A stretch of 60,551 nt of DNA, the filler included, from Basidioascus undulatus (taxonomy: Eukaryota), in NCBI GenBank assembly GCA_000826855.1. It is 8 parts of 8 records of this genome, joined end to end, with 100 filler letters (N's around TTAATTAATTAA, not from the genome) between each part and the next. Parts side by side here need not be neighbours in the genome. Positions count along the whole stretch, not along the records: positions 22,767 to 30,246 come from JTLS01001544.1; positions 30,347 to 37,824 come from JTLS01001545.1; 6 more parts are not named here. One strand, written 5' to 3'. The notes under the pieces were generated by a model that was not told the origin of the DNA, made no database searches, and was given only the letters and a program-made list of their open reading frames with translations. Below, one piece after another: positions 25,150 to 37,924 of the stretch. Both the position numbers and the translations under genes were made by a program. Within the stretch, counting starts at the first letter, position 1. The number at the start of each line of letters is the position of its first letter.

Positions 25150-25752
25150 CTAATCGATCGATACGCTTCGAAGCGCTTTGATTATTGCAGACTGAGAGGC
25201 GTGAGTACCGCAGGATTGAATGTGAGGAGGACATGTAATTAGAAAGGAAAGACATGATCCTCAACGCGCGAGACAGCAACTTCGATGCGCAGGGAGGAAG
25301 ACCAGTTCGATTGTCGGGGATGAGTGGGGACGACAGCTAAGTCTGACGCAAACCGTATGCTTTCGTCCGGATCGACGACAGTTGACCCTCATCGCTGCCT
25401 CCCAGCTCGCAAAGCTTTTACATGCAACAGCTTTTTCGTGCGCGCTTCGATTTCTTCGTGCGAGAGCTCGCCCGACACGTTGACAGCTCCAGCATTCATA
25501 CATAAGTAGTAGATCGCCGCCCAACCGACCTTACAATCGGCTGAAGTCAGTTTCAAATTGTTTACGGTGTGCACCCATCGTGACACGCGTACCCATTTTG
25601 CGGAGAACATGCACCAAGAAGCGCGGGTATTCCGCGGGACGTTCACGGTTGTGGCGCGGGCTTGGAAGAAATGAACAAATTATCGCACGCGCTCGCTTTC
25701 CCTTCTGTCCTCAGAAACACTTCAGAACATCACCACCCCAAGCGCACTGACC

Positions 25753-26778
25753 ATGCCTCGAACACGCACCGTGGGCTCTTTTCTCATGGGCTGGCCTCCA
25801 ACTAGCGCACTCCACGGCGCGGCGGTCTTCCGTCCCTCAGCGACGATCCTGCCCCCGGCCATACGCGTCCAGATTCTAGGCTGGACGCAACTCAAGTGGC
25901 AGACGATATGGAACCGGCTCACGACGCTGCGCGGGGAGTGGGGCGCAACGCCCGCTGACCAGGCTTACCAGCCAGGCATGCAGCCTGGCCCACCTAGGGA
26001 GGAGCAGGTTGCGGAGCTTCAGAGGCTCAGCGAGGTCGCGCTAGGTTTTTGGAGTCGGAGGAGAAAAGAGGTAAGCTTATGTTCCTTTTGATTTAAAAGT
26101 TCTTTCTAAAAAGAGTGAGCTGAAGATGCCAGGAATGCAGCTCGACGAGCTGCTAAGAAGGCAGAAGCGCACCTTCGAAATGCGGCTACTCCTCCACGGT
26201 CAGTATTCCTTCACAGCGCTGATAAATTCGGAAAGTTGTAACGCTGATATTTGCTCATCTTTGCTTCAAGATCTGAAACCCATCCCACGCCCCCCTCCGT
26301 CGCAATGACTGCCCTGGGCACGCTCGCCACCGACCTTCTCCCAGCCTCGTTCCAACCCCCCGCAACCTCTCCCTCTTCCCCCTCACCCGCACCCGCACCC
26401 GCGCCGTCCCCAACCGCCGCGGCCCTCTACCAGCTCACGGTCCGATACCCGGGCCTTGCAACGTTCATCGTCCACACCGAGTCGCAGATGAACGCACTCG
26501 AGCAACGCCTGGCGAACGACCAACTACCTGTGCGCCACACGGACGCAACTGGAGGAGCGCAGATGCGGATAAGGGAGCTTGAGGTACAGACGAGGGAGCT
26601 GAGGGAGGCGGGGGTGCGGGAGCGCATTGCGCAGCGAGCAGCGGACCGTGCGCGCGCTGATGGGAGAGGGGGCGGAGGGCCACGGCCAGAGTGGGAGGCG
26701 GTCGTGGCTGGGGTTGAAGAGCTTGCGGCTGCTTGGATAGGAGGTGATTTCGGCGTGGTGTCGAGGTCAGATACATGA
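25753..26778 (+). CDS. Hypothetical multi-exon gene; splicing could not be fully reconciled
   Basis: Consecutive ORFs with GTAAGC and GTCAGT donors and a coiled-coil-like end (IRELEVQTRELRE). Confidence 0.3.
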
Positions 26779-27719
26779 TATGCCTTCGAGATGTTTAGTG
26801 CCAGGTGGATGGTATGTCTGCTTGTCACTTGCTGATCTCCACAGACCTGCTTGCTAGTACCCGTATTGGTAGTGTGAACAAAGGACTCAGACCCACTTTT
26901 CCAAATCTTAACAGGGTCATCCTTGCTACGGAAGCTATAGTGGCGGCACTCCATGCATTGTTGCAGGAAGACGATAGCGGTGGGTGTCACGCCCTGTCCA
27001 AGCCAGATATCAGCCAAGGCGGAGTTTCACGAGTGTATAATATAAACAAATCACGTCGCTGCTCTATATTTCCCCTCTGAATCGCAGCACAGTTGTATCG
27101 TGGTTGCATGTGGGAACGCGGAGCGCGTGCAGCCAAAAGCCGTTGATGCAGTGATCCGGATCACTGGCTACTATGCTCTCTGGAATACGTGAAATTTTAT
27201 CCCTGATCATCATTTCCCGTGTGGCAACTTAAGGAGTTATTGGAGGAGCGGGTTTTGTCAAGCTCGCGACTGAGAGGGGCCGACTCTGTCTTAAGTCTCT
27301 TCGCGAAACAGCTTTGGCTGCAGGATGAGTGGCTAAGTTGCAATTGATACAATTCGTCTGAGCACAGGTCAAATTGGCAAAAATTCAATGTTAACAACCT
27401 GCTACTCATCACCTGCTGATCGAAATGCACAGTCCCATAGAATCTCGCAACGGTAATTCATAGTCACGGGGCGATGGTACAACCGGTCTTACAGCCGGCC
27501 CCCGAATTACTTGTACGACTGTAGGCGATGTGCAGGAATGTTCAATAATTACGCGGTGATGCTGCGGTGACGGACCATCCAAGCCAGATCAATGCTGCAT
27601 GGGAGATGCTTGGAGTTGCGGTTGCCGTCCGCACTGCGAGAACCGCACGCTGCGCTGGTACAGGACTTAAGCCTGCGCTGTTGTTCTGGCATTTTCCCCC
27701 CAGGTGGAATCCCCGTTTT

Positions 27720-28860
27720 TCGCTAACAGCAGCTATCGACACCACCGCTTTCCTGATCCTGCTCACTTACCTCCTCCTCGTCCGTCTTCTCCGCTGTACT
27801 CGTTACAACACCCTCCACCGCCAGTACTTCAAGGCACTTCCCGCAAGACTTGCCGGAGATGGCCGCACAGCCGAAATGAGAGGAAACAAAGTATGTCTGT
27901 AGCTTCTCATCCCTCCAAAGCTTAGGGTCAAGCTTGCTCAACTTATGGTCATCCGGCAGTTTCCGCTGACGTCTGCAGAGGCGCAGCGCATCTTCACCTT
28001 GCGTTTTGGTGGGATATGCCGTAACGTGATGATTCATAACATTGACTTTTTTGGGGGTCCTTCGCAAATGGGTCTCGATGATCTTCCTTGAATTTGCACT
28101 CCACCGCACATATGGCATCCCTACCATCTCCAAGCTTCTGCTCGCGACTCGTCAACTCAGCGCTTCCGAGTTTGCTCCGCGGCGCTTCGCCGACACATCT
28201 GTCCGGAAGTGCTTCCTTTGGATCTTTGACGGACGGACGGGCACTGCCGATGTGCTCGTTGGAGGTCAGGAGACCCCGACAGACGACCCTCGTGACGCTA
28301 TCGCTCTGGCTCCCATTAACTTCCTTCACTGTAACTACCCATCCATCGTAACTTTTTCACTTGAACGCTTGATGAGTCTAGCCAAGGCTGATGACTTCAT
28401 GTGCCGCAGAGCAACAACAATTTTCTATCACGCTCTCGACTTTCGCTCGAACCAATTGCTAGTATTTCCCCCTTGCGCTTATTGGTTGGACGGCTGTCGC
28501 GTCCCTCTCTGACAGTCGTCAATATGGATGGCGCTCGCTGTCTGGGCTCGAGTGCGAGGCGCAGTTCGTCTTCTGGATAGAAGTGGGCAGTCGCATGGGA
28601 ATCAAGGAGCTCCCTGGAGCACTCGAAGATTTGGTCGCCTGGAACGAGGCACGTCCCCTTGCTAGGCATGATGAACGCTGATAGGGAACTTGGAGCAGAG
28701 ATACGAGCAGGTCTACATGGTGCCCACCAAGTCCAACCGCGAGCTGTCCACGGTGACCACCGATATCCTGCTCTCAGACGAACCGAGCTTCGTGAAGCCT
28801 TTCGGGCTGCATGTGGTCTCGGCACTCATGACCCCCAGATTGCGCAATGATATGATCTGC
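27720..28860 (+). pseudogene. MpaB/rubber-oxygenase-like (ER-bound oxygenase) pseudogene
   Basis: Motifs YLLLVRLLR (membrane anchor), LEFALHRTYGIPTISKLLLATRQL...RRFADT, IALAPINFLH, QYGWRSLS...FWIEVGSRMGI and YEQVYMVP..SNR. The NDDMLYTLSLFALEP-like segment at about 28410-28460 is split across frames. Confidence 0.8.
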
Positions 28861-30246
28861 TTTTCGACTTCTATGCGCTACAACTTGTGCTTATCCTGGC
28901 ATATTCTCCAATGGATCAGGGTGCTAGCTCCTCCCGCCTTCGTCTCTTTGGGTGTCAACGCTCTGCTGCAAATCTCAGCCTTTCTCGTCGAGCACGCATT
29001 CCTCCTGCGACTTCATCTGACACGAGTGTACTTGTTGGCCGAAGCGAGGTCTCCCAGCGTAGGAGACTCACCATTGGCGCAGATGGACAGTGACGTCTTG
29101 CTGTTCTGAATTACAGAAGCGAGTGTGTCCACAGTCATGTTATGGACCTTCCCTGCCAGCATATTGAAGCATCTGCAGGCCGTGGTACTATCCAGAGCTT
29201 TCTGGTTTCTCTTCGATCCTCTATTCCTTGAAAATCATGCTTGGGCTGGCCGATCCAGAGCTATGGCCAGGACGTACTCCTGCGGCAGGCGGAGCAGCTT
29301 CACAGTGCCTTGATTGATGGCGAATGGGCTTGAACACCTTCTCACTCTTCCTCTTCAGCACATTCATCAGACCAACAGCTATGATGTTGTGCTTGTGGAA
29401 GAGGCCAAGTCACAGTGACCATCAAACTGGTTCAGCTGCAACCCACCTTTTGGGTGCTTCAAGTGTGATATTCTCATGTGGGGGCATGATAGCGCAGAAG
29501 GGAATGCAAATGGTACAGCCTGTAGCAAGGAAAGGGGGATGAGTGCGATGAAGTGGTAGAGGAGGGGTGGGGTGCAGGTGGGAGTGTGAAGGGTAGGGTG
29601 GGCTGCCAATGAGTCATTGTTCAGTATAATCCATAACCCCATGCACAAAGTTTGAATAATCATGACCAATTAAACTCACAGGATTGGTGTTCCAAACTAA
29701 CAGGAAGAGGTGAAGCATGCACCTCTCACGGTAAGCACCGTTGTTCCAGACATTGATCACGAGAATCTGCAAGATCATTCAGATAAGTGCTAAACTGGAA
29801 AGAGAAGCTCATATTCACTGCCATGTTGGGTAGCACTCATTGTGGATGATGAGGTTAAGAAAAAGGAGAAGTGAGGAGGAGAACCAGGCATAGGCTGTGT
29901 GCAGAATTTAGCCGCAGCTCAGCTCAGTTCATTGATATTTCAGGTTCAGGTTCAGCTTTGGCCTGTTTAACTTCTGTGGTCATGCCCCAACATTGAGTCA
30001 AGCTAGTTTAGATGAAATATGTTTATTTATTGTCAACAACAGGCACTCTTGGACACCTGCACCAACAGGGTGGCCATTGGAAGACTGGGTGCCAACCCAT
30101 TTGCTGCATGCCAGGTCATGATTGCTCAACAATTGAGCCTGGACATATATTATTTCACCATAAACAATTCCATATATTTAATATTTGTAACCTTGTGGGT
30201 AAGTAATTCTCAAACAAGTGAGGAAATCAACAGTAAACCACCTTAA

Positions 30247-30346
30247 NNNNNNNNNNNNNNNNNNNNNNNNNNNNNNNNNNNNNNNNNNNNTTAATTAATT
30301 AANNNNNNNNNNNNNNNNNNNNNNNNNNNNNNNNNNNNNNNNNNNN
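30247..30346. other. Artificial contig spacer
   Basis: N-run with TTAATTAATTAA. Confidence 0.99.
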
Positions 30347-30663
30347 GCGCAGGGCGGCGAGGGGAGCGAGAGGAGAGGAGGCGATCGCGAGAAGGCAGGG
30401 GAAGCTGCGAAGGCTCAGGCTCAAGGCGCGTCGCGTGGCACGCTCCCTTGTGCCTCTGATCAGCGTGTCTCGTGGACATGATTTCCAGCAAATCATCAAA
30501 ACTCTCGGCAGCCTCTATTTTGGGCTTCACAAAAACACACGAAAGAACCCGGAAAGCGTGCGGCATCGAAATGTAGAGCGAAGCAAAGAACACAAAATAT
30601 AGAAAAACATGGTATCATTCCCATCGCCGACGATCACTCTCCTCCCGATCTCGCAACCACCCT

Positions 30664-32702
30664 CTACTCGACCCTGTACTCCTCCGTATCCACAACAGTG
30701 TCCACCGAGAATGGCACGGGCGTCTCGCCCTCGACCTCCTTGACGTCAACAACCTGTCCGCGCCCCCTCCTCTCATCAGCCACCGTCCCCGCCATTCCTC
30801 CTCCACAGCTATGCGAAGCACTTACCTGCACGCCGCACAGACTCTTCTCGCTTCGGAACGCCACCTCGACGGGAAAGAACTCGTCCGCGTCGTCCGCCTC
30901 CGCCTCGAACTCGATGCTCCCGCTGCTCTCTTCGTCGCCGCCGATGGCAGGGACGAGCCACTCGAGCGCGCCCGTCGCGGCGCTGACGCTCACGCCCGGG
31001 GGAGGCGCGCCGTCGGGGAACGACGGGTGCGCGCCCGAGGGAAGCGGGATCGAGATGATCACATCTTGCAGGATGTGCGAGGAGAACGCGGGGGAGAGCT
31101 CGTACTCGAGCGTGAGCGAGTAGGTCCCGTGCGGGGTGGGGGAGGGCCAACAGGTAACTGTTGCGCGGGGGCAGGAGGTCAGACGAGGTGGGTAGGAGAA
31201 GGTGGAAGAACTCGGGGAGGAGGAGTAGAGGGAAGGAAAGACGCACTAGACAGCGGCACAGCCGTCTCGTCCTTGCCGGCCCACCGCCACTTGAGGACGC
31301 CGAGGGCCTGGCCAACCGGGAACGCGCGGGTGCGGTCCTTAAGGCCGATGGTCTTGCCCGATGCCCACAGGGCCTTGTCCACGTTGGGGTGCGTCTTGAA
31401 CTGCACCTCAGCCTGCACGCTCGCCGGGTCGAGCGCGACGAGGAGGTGCTTGGCCGTCGCGGCCTGCGAGAGGCGCAGGTCGAGCGCGCCCGAGAGCGCG
31501 TGCGACACGAGGTCGCCGTCGCGCGAGAGCGTGAGTGAGAGGTGCTCGGAGAGGGAGAGGTGGGTGCTGCGTGGGCGGGGGAATCAGCATCAGCTCCAAG
31601 GTGGGGGAAAAGCATGGAGGAAAGAAGGGAGAGGAGACGCACGGTTCCCGGCCCTCAATCTCCTCCTCCGGGACGGGCGTCGCAGGCGCGCGACTCGGGG
31701 TAGACACCTGGCTGCCGGCCTGGGTGGGGTGCACAGGCAAAGGCGCAACGTCGGGGGCGATCTGGTCGAGCAGATCGTTGGCCTTTGCCTTCTTCGCGCC
31801 CAGCTTCATACCCGCGCCCTTGAATGCGGGCGCCTTGGGGGCGGGCTCGGGCGTGTCGTACCGCCGCGCGGACGGGAGTGTGGGCTCGTCGCGCGGGACG
31901 GGCGCGTACGTCTGGCCGAAGCCGCCCGAGGTCGGGGGCGCGTACCCCGGGTTCGCGCGCGCGTTGCGCTGCGCCTCGCGCCGCTGGAGCTCGAGCTGCT
32001 TTGCCCGCCGCTTGAGCTCCTCCTTCGCTTCTTGCTCTTTGTTCTGATTGCCGGTGCGAGGAGACACGTCAGCACGCCGAGCGACCCCACCCTACCCTAC
32101 CGCACCACAATCCGAGAGCGAGGACCCCAAGACGCACCCTAGCGATGATCTCCTGAATCTTCTCCTCGTGGCTCTCCATCTCAATGACGCTCCTGATTTG
32201 GAGCAAGTTGACGCTCTCGCGGTACCCCAGACTGACGATCTCGTCCCACGCGCCGAGGAGCTCGAACGCGTGGCGGACGACGGCGTCCTCGCTGACGGAG
32301 CGCAACACATCGCCGGTGACGCGGGAGAAGAGCTGGAGGGACTCGATGTCCTGCAGGATGTTGGACGCCTTGTTCGTCACGAGCAAAAGGTAGAGCTCGT
32401 CCAGCGGCTGGTACACGAACCGCACGCTCTCCGTCTCCACCGTCGTGTGCTGCGACCCGGCCGGGATCAGCTTCGGGAAGGACGTGAGCAGCGCCTCGAT
32501 TCGAGAGCGCGGCAGCTCCCGGAACTGGCGCGAGACGACCGCTGTGGACAAGGGAGAACGGGGTTCAGCTGCGGGAGGAGGGGGAAGGCAGCGGGAGCAA
32601 GCTACGTTTCCCGGATTTTGTGCAGATTGCGGCGGCGAGAACGACCTGCAGGACACATTTCAGCCTATGTAGAACTTGAGGACGTAGAATGGGACAGACC
32701 AT
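30664..32702 (-). CDS. RET2: Coatomer subunit delta (delta-COP)
   Basis: M|VVLAAAICTKSGKP|VVSRQFRELPRSRIEALL, VRFVYQPLDELY, NKASNILQDI, EMESHEEKIQEII|NKEQEAKEE and QFKTHPNVDK, plus a C-terminal mu-homology domain. Stop TAG at 30664-30666. Confidence 0.97.
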
Positions 32703-35700
32703 GGCGCGGGGAGTGAATGGGGAAAGGAGAAGGTCGACAGTCGCAGGTGAGCGCGACCGGGGTGTGGCCGGCGCAGCGCGTGGCATTAATCCGTGGAAGA
32801 CGATTCCGTCCGCGGACACTCCTGCTGGCACCCAGCGTTTGGTAGCGTTTGGCAGCGTTCGTATTTCAATTTCGCATCTACGATCCCTGTACTTTAAGAC
32901 AACGAAAAAATATCAGCAAAGTGCGATGTCCGGTCACTCCACAGCTCCGAATCCAGCCCCCGGATACGCCATATCGCCCGTGCCACGCACTGCGTTCAGT
33001 CCGGAGAAGCTTGATCACTCACTATGCGATGAAATTGGGTCATTATCCCAAAAAGTTAAATGATTTTCAGATACTTCGTCTGAAAGCCACAAGGAAGAGG
33101 TGTGATGAAGCTTCAACCGAACTCCGTCACGGGCTGGATTCGGTGACCCACATTCCTCTGAAACTTTTTTCTGCAAAAAGAAAAACCTCACACACATGAT
33201 CCTCAACAGATCTGCAAGCCCTCGCGGTCGATCCCTCGCAGCATGGCCTCGGCGCCGGTTCGGCGCTCCTGCGCTGGGGCTTAGAGCGCGGCGACACACA
33301 GGGCGTTCCAACATACCTCAAGGCGACCCCAATGGTGCTGCCTCTGTACAAGCGGTTCGGGTAGGTGGAGAGGTGGAACGTGCCGATCGGGAAGGGAGAG
33401 CGGTTCTGCACGGTCGCATGTGTACGAGAACCGCAGCGGAAGGCGGCGGTTTGTGCGTTTCATTGAGTTGTTCTCTGTTAGATGTCATGCAAACGGATAA
33501 GTTTCGGTCAGGGCACCCCTACGAGTGAAATAATCCGGCAAAGTCCGATATTGAAGTACTGCACGAAGATATGCGAAGACCGCAAAAATTCTTCGCAGAC
33601 ACTTGCATGCTGTTCGCGTGCGGTACCACAAACAACCTCGCTACAGCTCCCCATACACGAGCAACACATCTACGTGCCCCAGCTTCATGAGCCTTAGAAT
33701 CCTCTCACGGGAACAAACCCCACGTTTTCAGCAGTTCCTCAAGCAAGAGTTAGGCAGACTCAGCTGAATGGGCCACTGCAGACGAACGCTTCTGCAGGTT
33801 TGTGCTCATGCCACCTGAGTCAGCTTAATGACGGAAAACGCTCAAGTTGTATTCTTTTGGAATCAATGGGCACACCAGAGCTTTGAGGGAGAAGTCTGAA
33901 ACTGTTAATGAACCGGCCCTCCATTTCACTTAAGACCCATCACGTCGCTATACATAATGTTCATGAGCATCAGTGCAGCATAGCGATAAAAATACGACAT
34001 CAGGGCCAGCGCTTTCCCCTGAACCGGACATCTGTCCTCATATTGTACAGCTACCCCCCCAGAGAGTAAGTGGATGCCTGCACTTCGGACCCGCCAACGG
34101 GAAACGTACCTTCTTCGCAGCCTCCCACCTTCCTATGAAGCCGGCCCACTTCGTAAGATACTTTCGAGTCAAGGCTGGGCGAATGAACTGCTCTGGAGCC
34201 GGCTGCGAAGGGTGGCATGTACCGAGCTGTGGACGTCTTCGCGTCGATGCGCCACGCTGCGAAGCAGTCCTCGAGCCGCTCGATCGTGTACCGGCGGTGG
34301 TAGAGCCCTTCGTTCTGGCTCACCACCGGAGCGCCGTATCTCAATTAAGTCAGAAGTTTGGAAAGAACGACGAGCTTCTCGTCTGCTGAAGGAAACCCAC
34401 CTGCGGTAAATGACGCCCGCATCGCAAAACTGGACGTTGTCCCGGCGAAGACTGTAAATTAGGGCTTCAGACACCGCATCAGCCCAGCTTAAAATCGACG
34501 ATGTACTGTCCCCCAATGGACTGGAGCATTTCATGCACGTAGTCTTCCCCCTCTTCCCTGAGACTAGCCGCTCCGCTGAACGCGGTGCCGTCAAGCGGAA
34601 GCGGGCCCAAAGGTAGAGGACTGCGGGAAAGGTTAACCGTGAGGGCCAATTCGATTTGAAGTTCGAAACTCAAGAAATATGACTTACTAGTGGCACATAC
34701 GGTCGAGAGGGTTAGAGAAGAAGCCTTTGTCCAGCACGTGAAGCAGCCACATGAGATTGCCGACGACGAGCCCTTGCCGTTCCGCCTGTACGAATATCCC
34801 TTCCGCTAGCTCAGAATAACTAGCAGAGATGGCATACATCATCAGGTGCAAGCGTACCTCGAGGTAGATCTTGCCTTTGCGATGCGGCGTCACAACCACG
34901 TCCAACCCACACAGCTTGCCCTTCGCAGTCTTCTCCTTCGACAGACAAACGCTGCCGCCCGCCCGCTCGATAAGCCGCCAGCGCGAGAGGCCGAGAAGGG
35001 GAGCTAGGAATACGGTGTACCCTTCCAGCGGTCGGAGGCCGATTTGGCGGAAAGGTGGGCAGGTGACGCCGATGTAGTTGAAGAGGAAGTGCAGGCGTAG
35101 CTCGCCAGTGCCGAAGGACGGACAGTCCGCAAGAATTCCAGGAAGGTTGACGGCGGTGCTGCAAAGAACCGGATTGTGGGGACCGCCCGACAGAAGACAG
35201 GCGTCGATCCTGGAGTATTGGACCTTAGCTGCTGTGGACGACGGCTGCAGGCGACCATCACACCGCTCGTCTCTTGACGGCGACGAATTCCGAGGTGTAA
35301 AGATGGTAATTACGCCCACGCTGCCTATACACTACATTAGTACACACATCACTTGAATATCAATAATATGACGCACGAGAATCGGGACAGAGTGAGAACT
35401 GAAAGCGGAGGCGCGGTGCCAATCTGGTCGCCTAGCGCACGTATGAGAGCGAGGCCGGGCAGGGCCTCCTCTTTCAACTGAGAGGGCCATCCGATGTCGT
35501 AAATAAGTAACTGCTGCCATATACTTTCTCAAGGCCGCTTACCTCCAAGGCAGAGGGTTCCCATGACTTGGCGTCCGCTCCAGGCCACAGCTCGTGCGCG
35601 AGATCGAACGTCTTGCCCTCAAAGATGCGGTGAAGTTGGAGAAATTTGGTGCTCGGCAGTTGAATTAAATGTGTGGGTGGAATAAGTGCACGGTGAGCGC

Positions 35701-36602
35701 GGAAGACTACGTGGTTGTCTCCTTTCCTGTATGAGCAGGTCGAAGCGCGAAGCAAGCGAGACAGGGACGCACGACGACATTGAAAGCCGCAGGGCTGCGC
35801 CGCTCTTGCCTGAACTCATAGATATCTGTAGGAAAGAGGACCTTCATATGGCGAAAAGCACCGCAGAGCGCAGAGCGTACCTGTGACGGCTTGAAATCCG
35901 AGGTTTCCAACGCTGTCTCGCGGTGCAGCCTGTACGGGCCCTCCCGCAACTCGAGGAAGCGGTCGAGCTGCTCGCTCCTTAGGGTGTCAGCACCAAGCCG
36001 CCCGGCGGGCACGCCTGTCCGGTCGCAACGATGGAGACGCTTGCCATGAGAATTAGGTCATCTGGCAATTAAGGTTGATTTCCAGATCAGTCCATGAGCG
36101 TGGCTCATTGCGACACAGTGAAAGGGAGCGGTTTGAGCAGGGTGGGACGGGCGTGGCGAGAAGACAACCTGCGGCGGTCCGCGAACGACTCTGTTCAGCA
36201 GCGCCAAGCAGGCAATTCCCAGCGGAATTCATCCCTACCGAGGAGTGTTCCATGGTATACAATGAGCCGTTCAAGAAAGAAGACTTCAACATAGTTTCAG
36301 CACGTTCTCATACTAGAATGGCGGCCACGTTTTTAAGCCTCGCTAGTTATTGCCAACTCCGTTCCAGTTTCTGCATATGCGTGCTGTTAATAAGCAACGC
36401 AACGAATGTAAGTGATTCTCGACGCGAGCAACAAGAAATCCAGAAGAGAGCGCTTCCTCCTAATCTGGCGGCTGGCAAGTCTAGTCTGGCAGTCTGGCAG
36501 TCGAAGGGGTGGAGAGCCGAAGATAGCACATTCTCCCACACGCAATATGCGAGCGCTCATGCACCAAAACCCATGCATGTAAGCGCAGGACGATCAGAGC
36601 CC

Positions 36603-37824
36603 TCACTCCTCCTCGCTCTCCGACCACTCAGCCGGTACGTCGCTCGGCGGGTAGAAGTCATCGTCGCTAAGATCCCTTAAGCCAAACTCCTTGTTCGCCC
36701 CAGGCAAATTCTTGAGCGACGGATGGAGCTTCCTGCCCTCCTTCCTCGCCTTCTTGATGATGTTGCGTATGCGGTCCTTGACGTCCGCGCTGGGTCAAGA
36801 ACGTCTGATCAGCCCTGTCCTGTTTTGTACGAGCCGTCGGGGAGAAGAGGAGGGAGACACGCACTTGTTGCGGTACTTGAGGATCTCGCTCTTGGACCCC
36901 TTGAACCCGTGCTGCTTGAGCAAGCGAACGAAGGCGCCGTAGGGGATGTCCGGCAACTCTCTCTCCCGCGCGCGGCGGTACTCATTGCGGAGCCAGCCTG
37001 TGGGTAGTCGAAGCGCGCACCATCCCGTCAGCCATATTCCGCCCTTGAAGCTGTGCGGCGCCGCCCACTCACGGAGCATCACCTGGTCCTCCTTCCTGCT
37101 CCAAGGCATGCGCGCGGGGCGCCCGTTCGCATCGGCAGGGGGCGGCGCGGTCGGGTACCGCGGCGGGCCGGGGGGCGGGGACGTCCAGCCGCGCCGGCGG
37201 TTACTCCGTGCCGCGAGCACAGCGAACGCGTCGTTGTTCTCGCCATCGTCGACGCTGGACGGCTTTGCCCGAGCGGGACTGCACGCGGGCGAGGCTTCCG
37301 GTGAACGCGCACGAGGCCGCGCGCGGATGTGGCGCAGGCCGGCGTCTTGCGGCTTTTCGCGCGCCGACTCGCGCACGTCGCGCAATGTGCGAGGCCGCCG
37401 GCGGGGCGAACGCCGGGCGTCGTCCGTATCCTCGCTCGGACTCGGGCTCGAGGAAGACGGGTCGAACGGGTCGTCTTCGTCGCTCGATACCTTTCGCCGA
37501 CGTCCACGTGGTCTGGACGTGGCTGGGGGCGGAGAGCGTGAAGGGCGGCGCGGTGCATCGATAGATGCCGTTGGAGCTGGAGCTTGCGAGATGGGCAGGG
37601 CCGTAGGGGAGCGTGGTGCAGGCTGGTCTTCTTCATCGCTCCATCGGATATCGGTCAGGTCCCGCGAAGCCGGATCAATCGGGACCAGCTCCATATCGCC
37701 CCCGCCGCCATCGTCCTGCAGCCAGTCGTGGTCCGGCGGCGGGAGCTGGACATCCTCGGCCTCCTCGTCCTGCTCGAGAGTCCGCTCCAGCTCCTCCTCG
37801 AGGACCTCCATCTCCGCTTCCCGA
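36603..37824 (-). CDS. Myb/telobox-like (Tbf1/TRF-like) DNA-binding protein, 5'-truncated
   Basis: RMPWSRKEDQVML...LLKQHGFKGSKSEILKYRN|NADVKDRIRNII resembles the fungal Tbf1 Myb consensus (W..EE..L...G..G..S..LK.RNQVQLKDKARN). Stop TGA at 36603-36605. Confidence 0.65.
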
Positions 37825-37924
37825 NNNNNNNNNNNNNNNNNNNNNNNNNNNNNNNNNNNNNNNNNNNNTTAATTAATTAANNNNNNNNNNNNNNNNNNNN
37901 NNNNNNNNNNNNNNNNNNNNNNNN
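37825..37924. other. Artificial contig spacer
   Basis: N-run with TTAATTAATTAA. Confidence 0.99.

Noticed and set aside
30811..32716. Long plus-strand ORFs (443 aa, 222 aa)
   Set aside because: They are antisense shadows of the GC3-rich delta-COP gene.
36946..37872. 308-aa plus-strand ORF and similar overlapping Arg/Ser/Gly-rich ORFs elsewhere
   Set aside because: They are antisense or alternate-frame shadows in high-GC coding DNA with no motifs.
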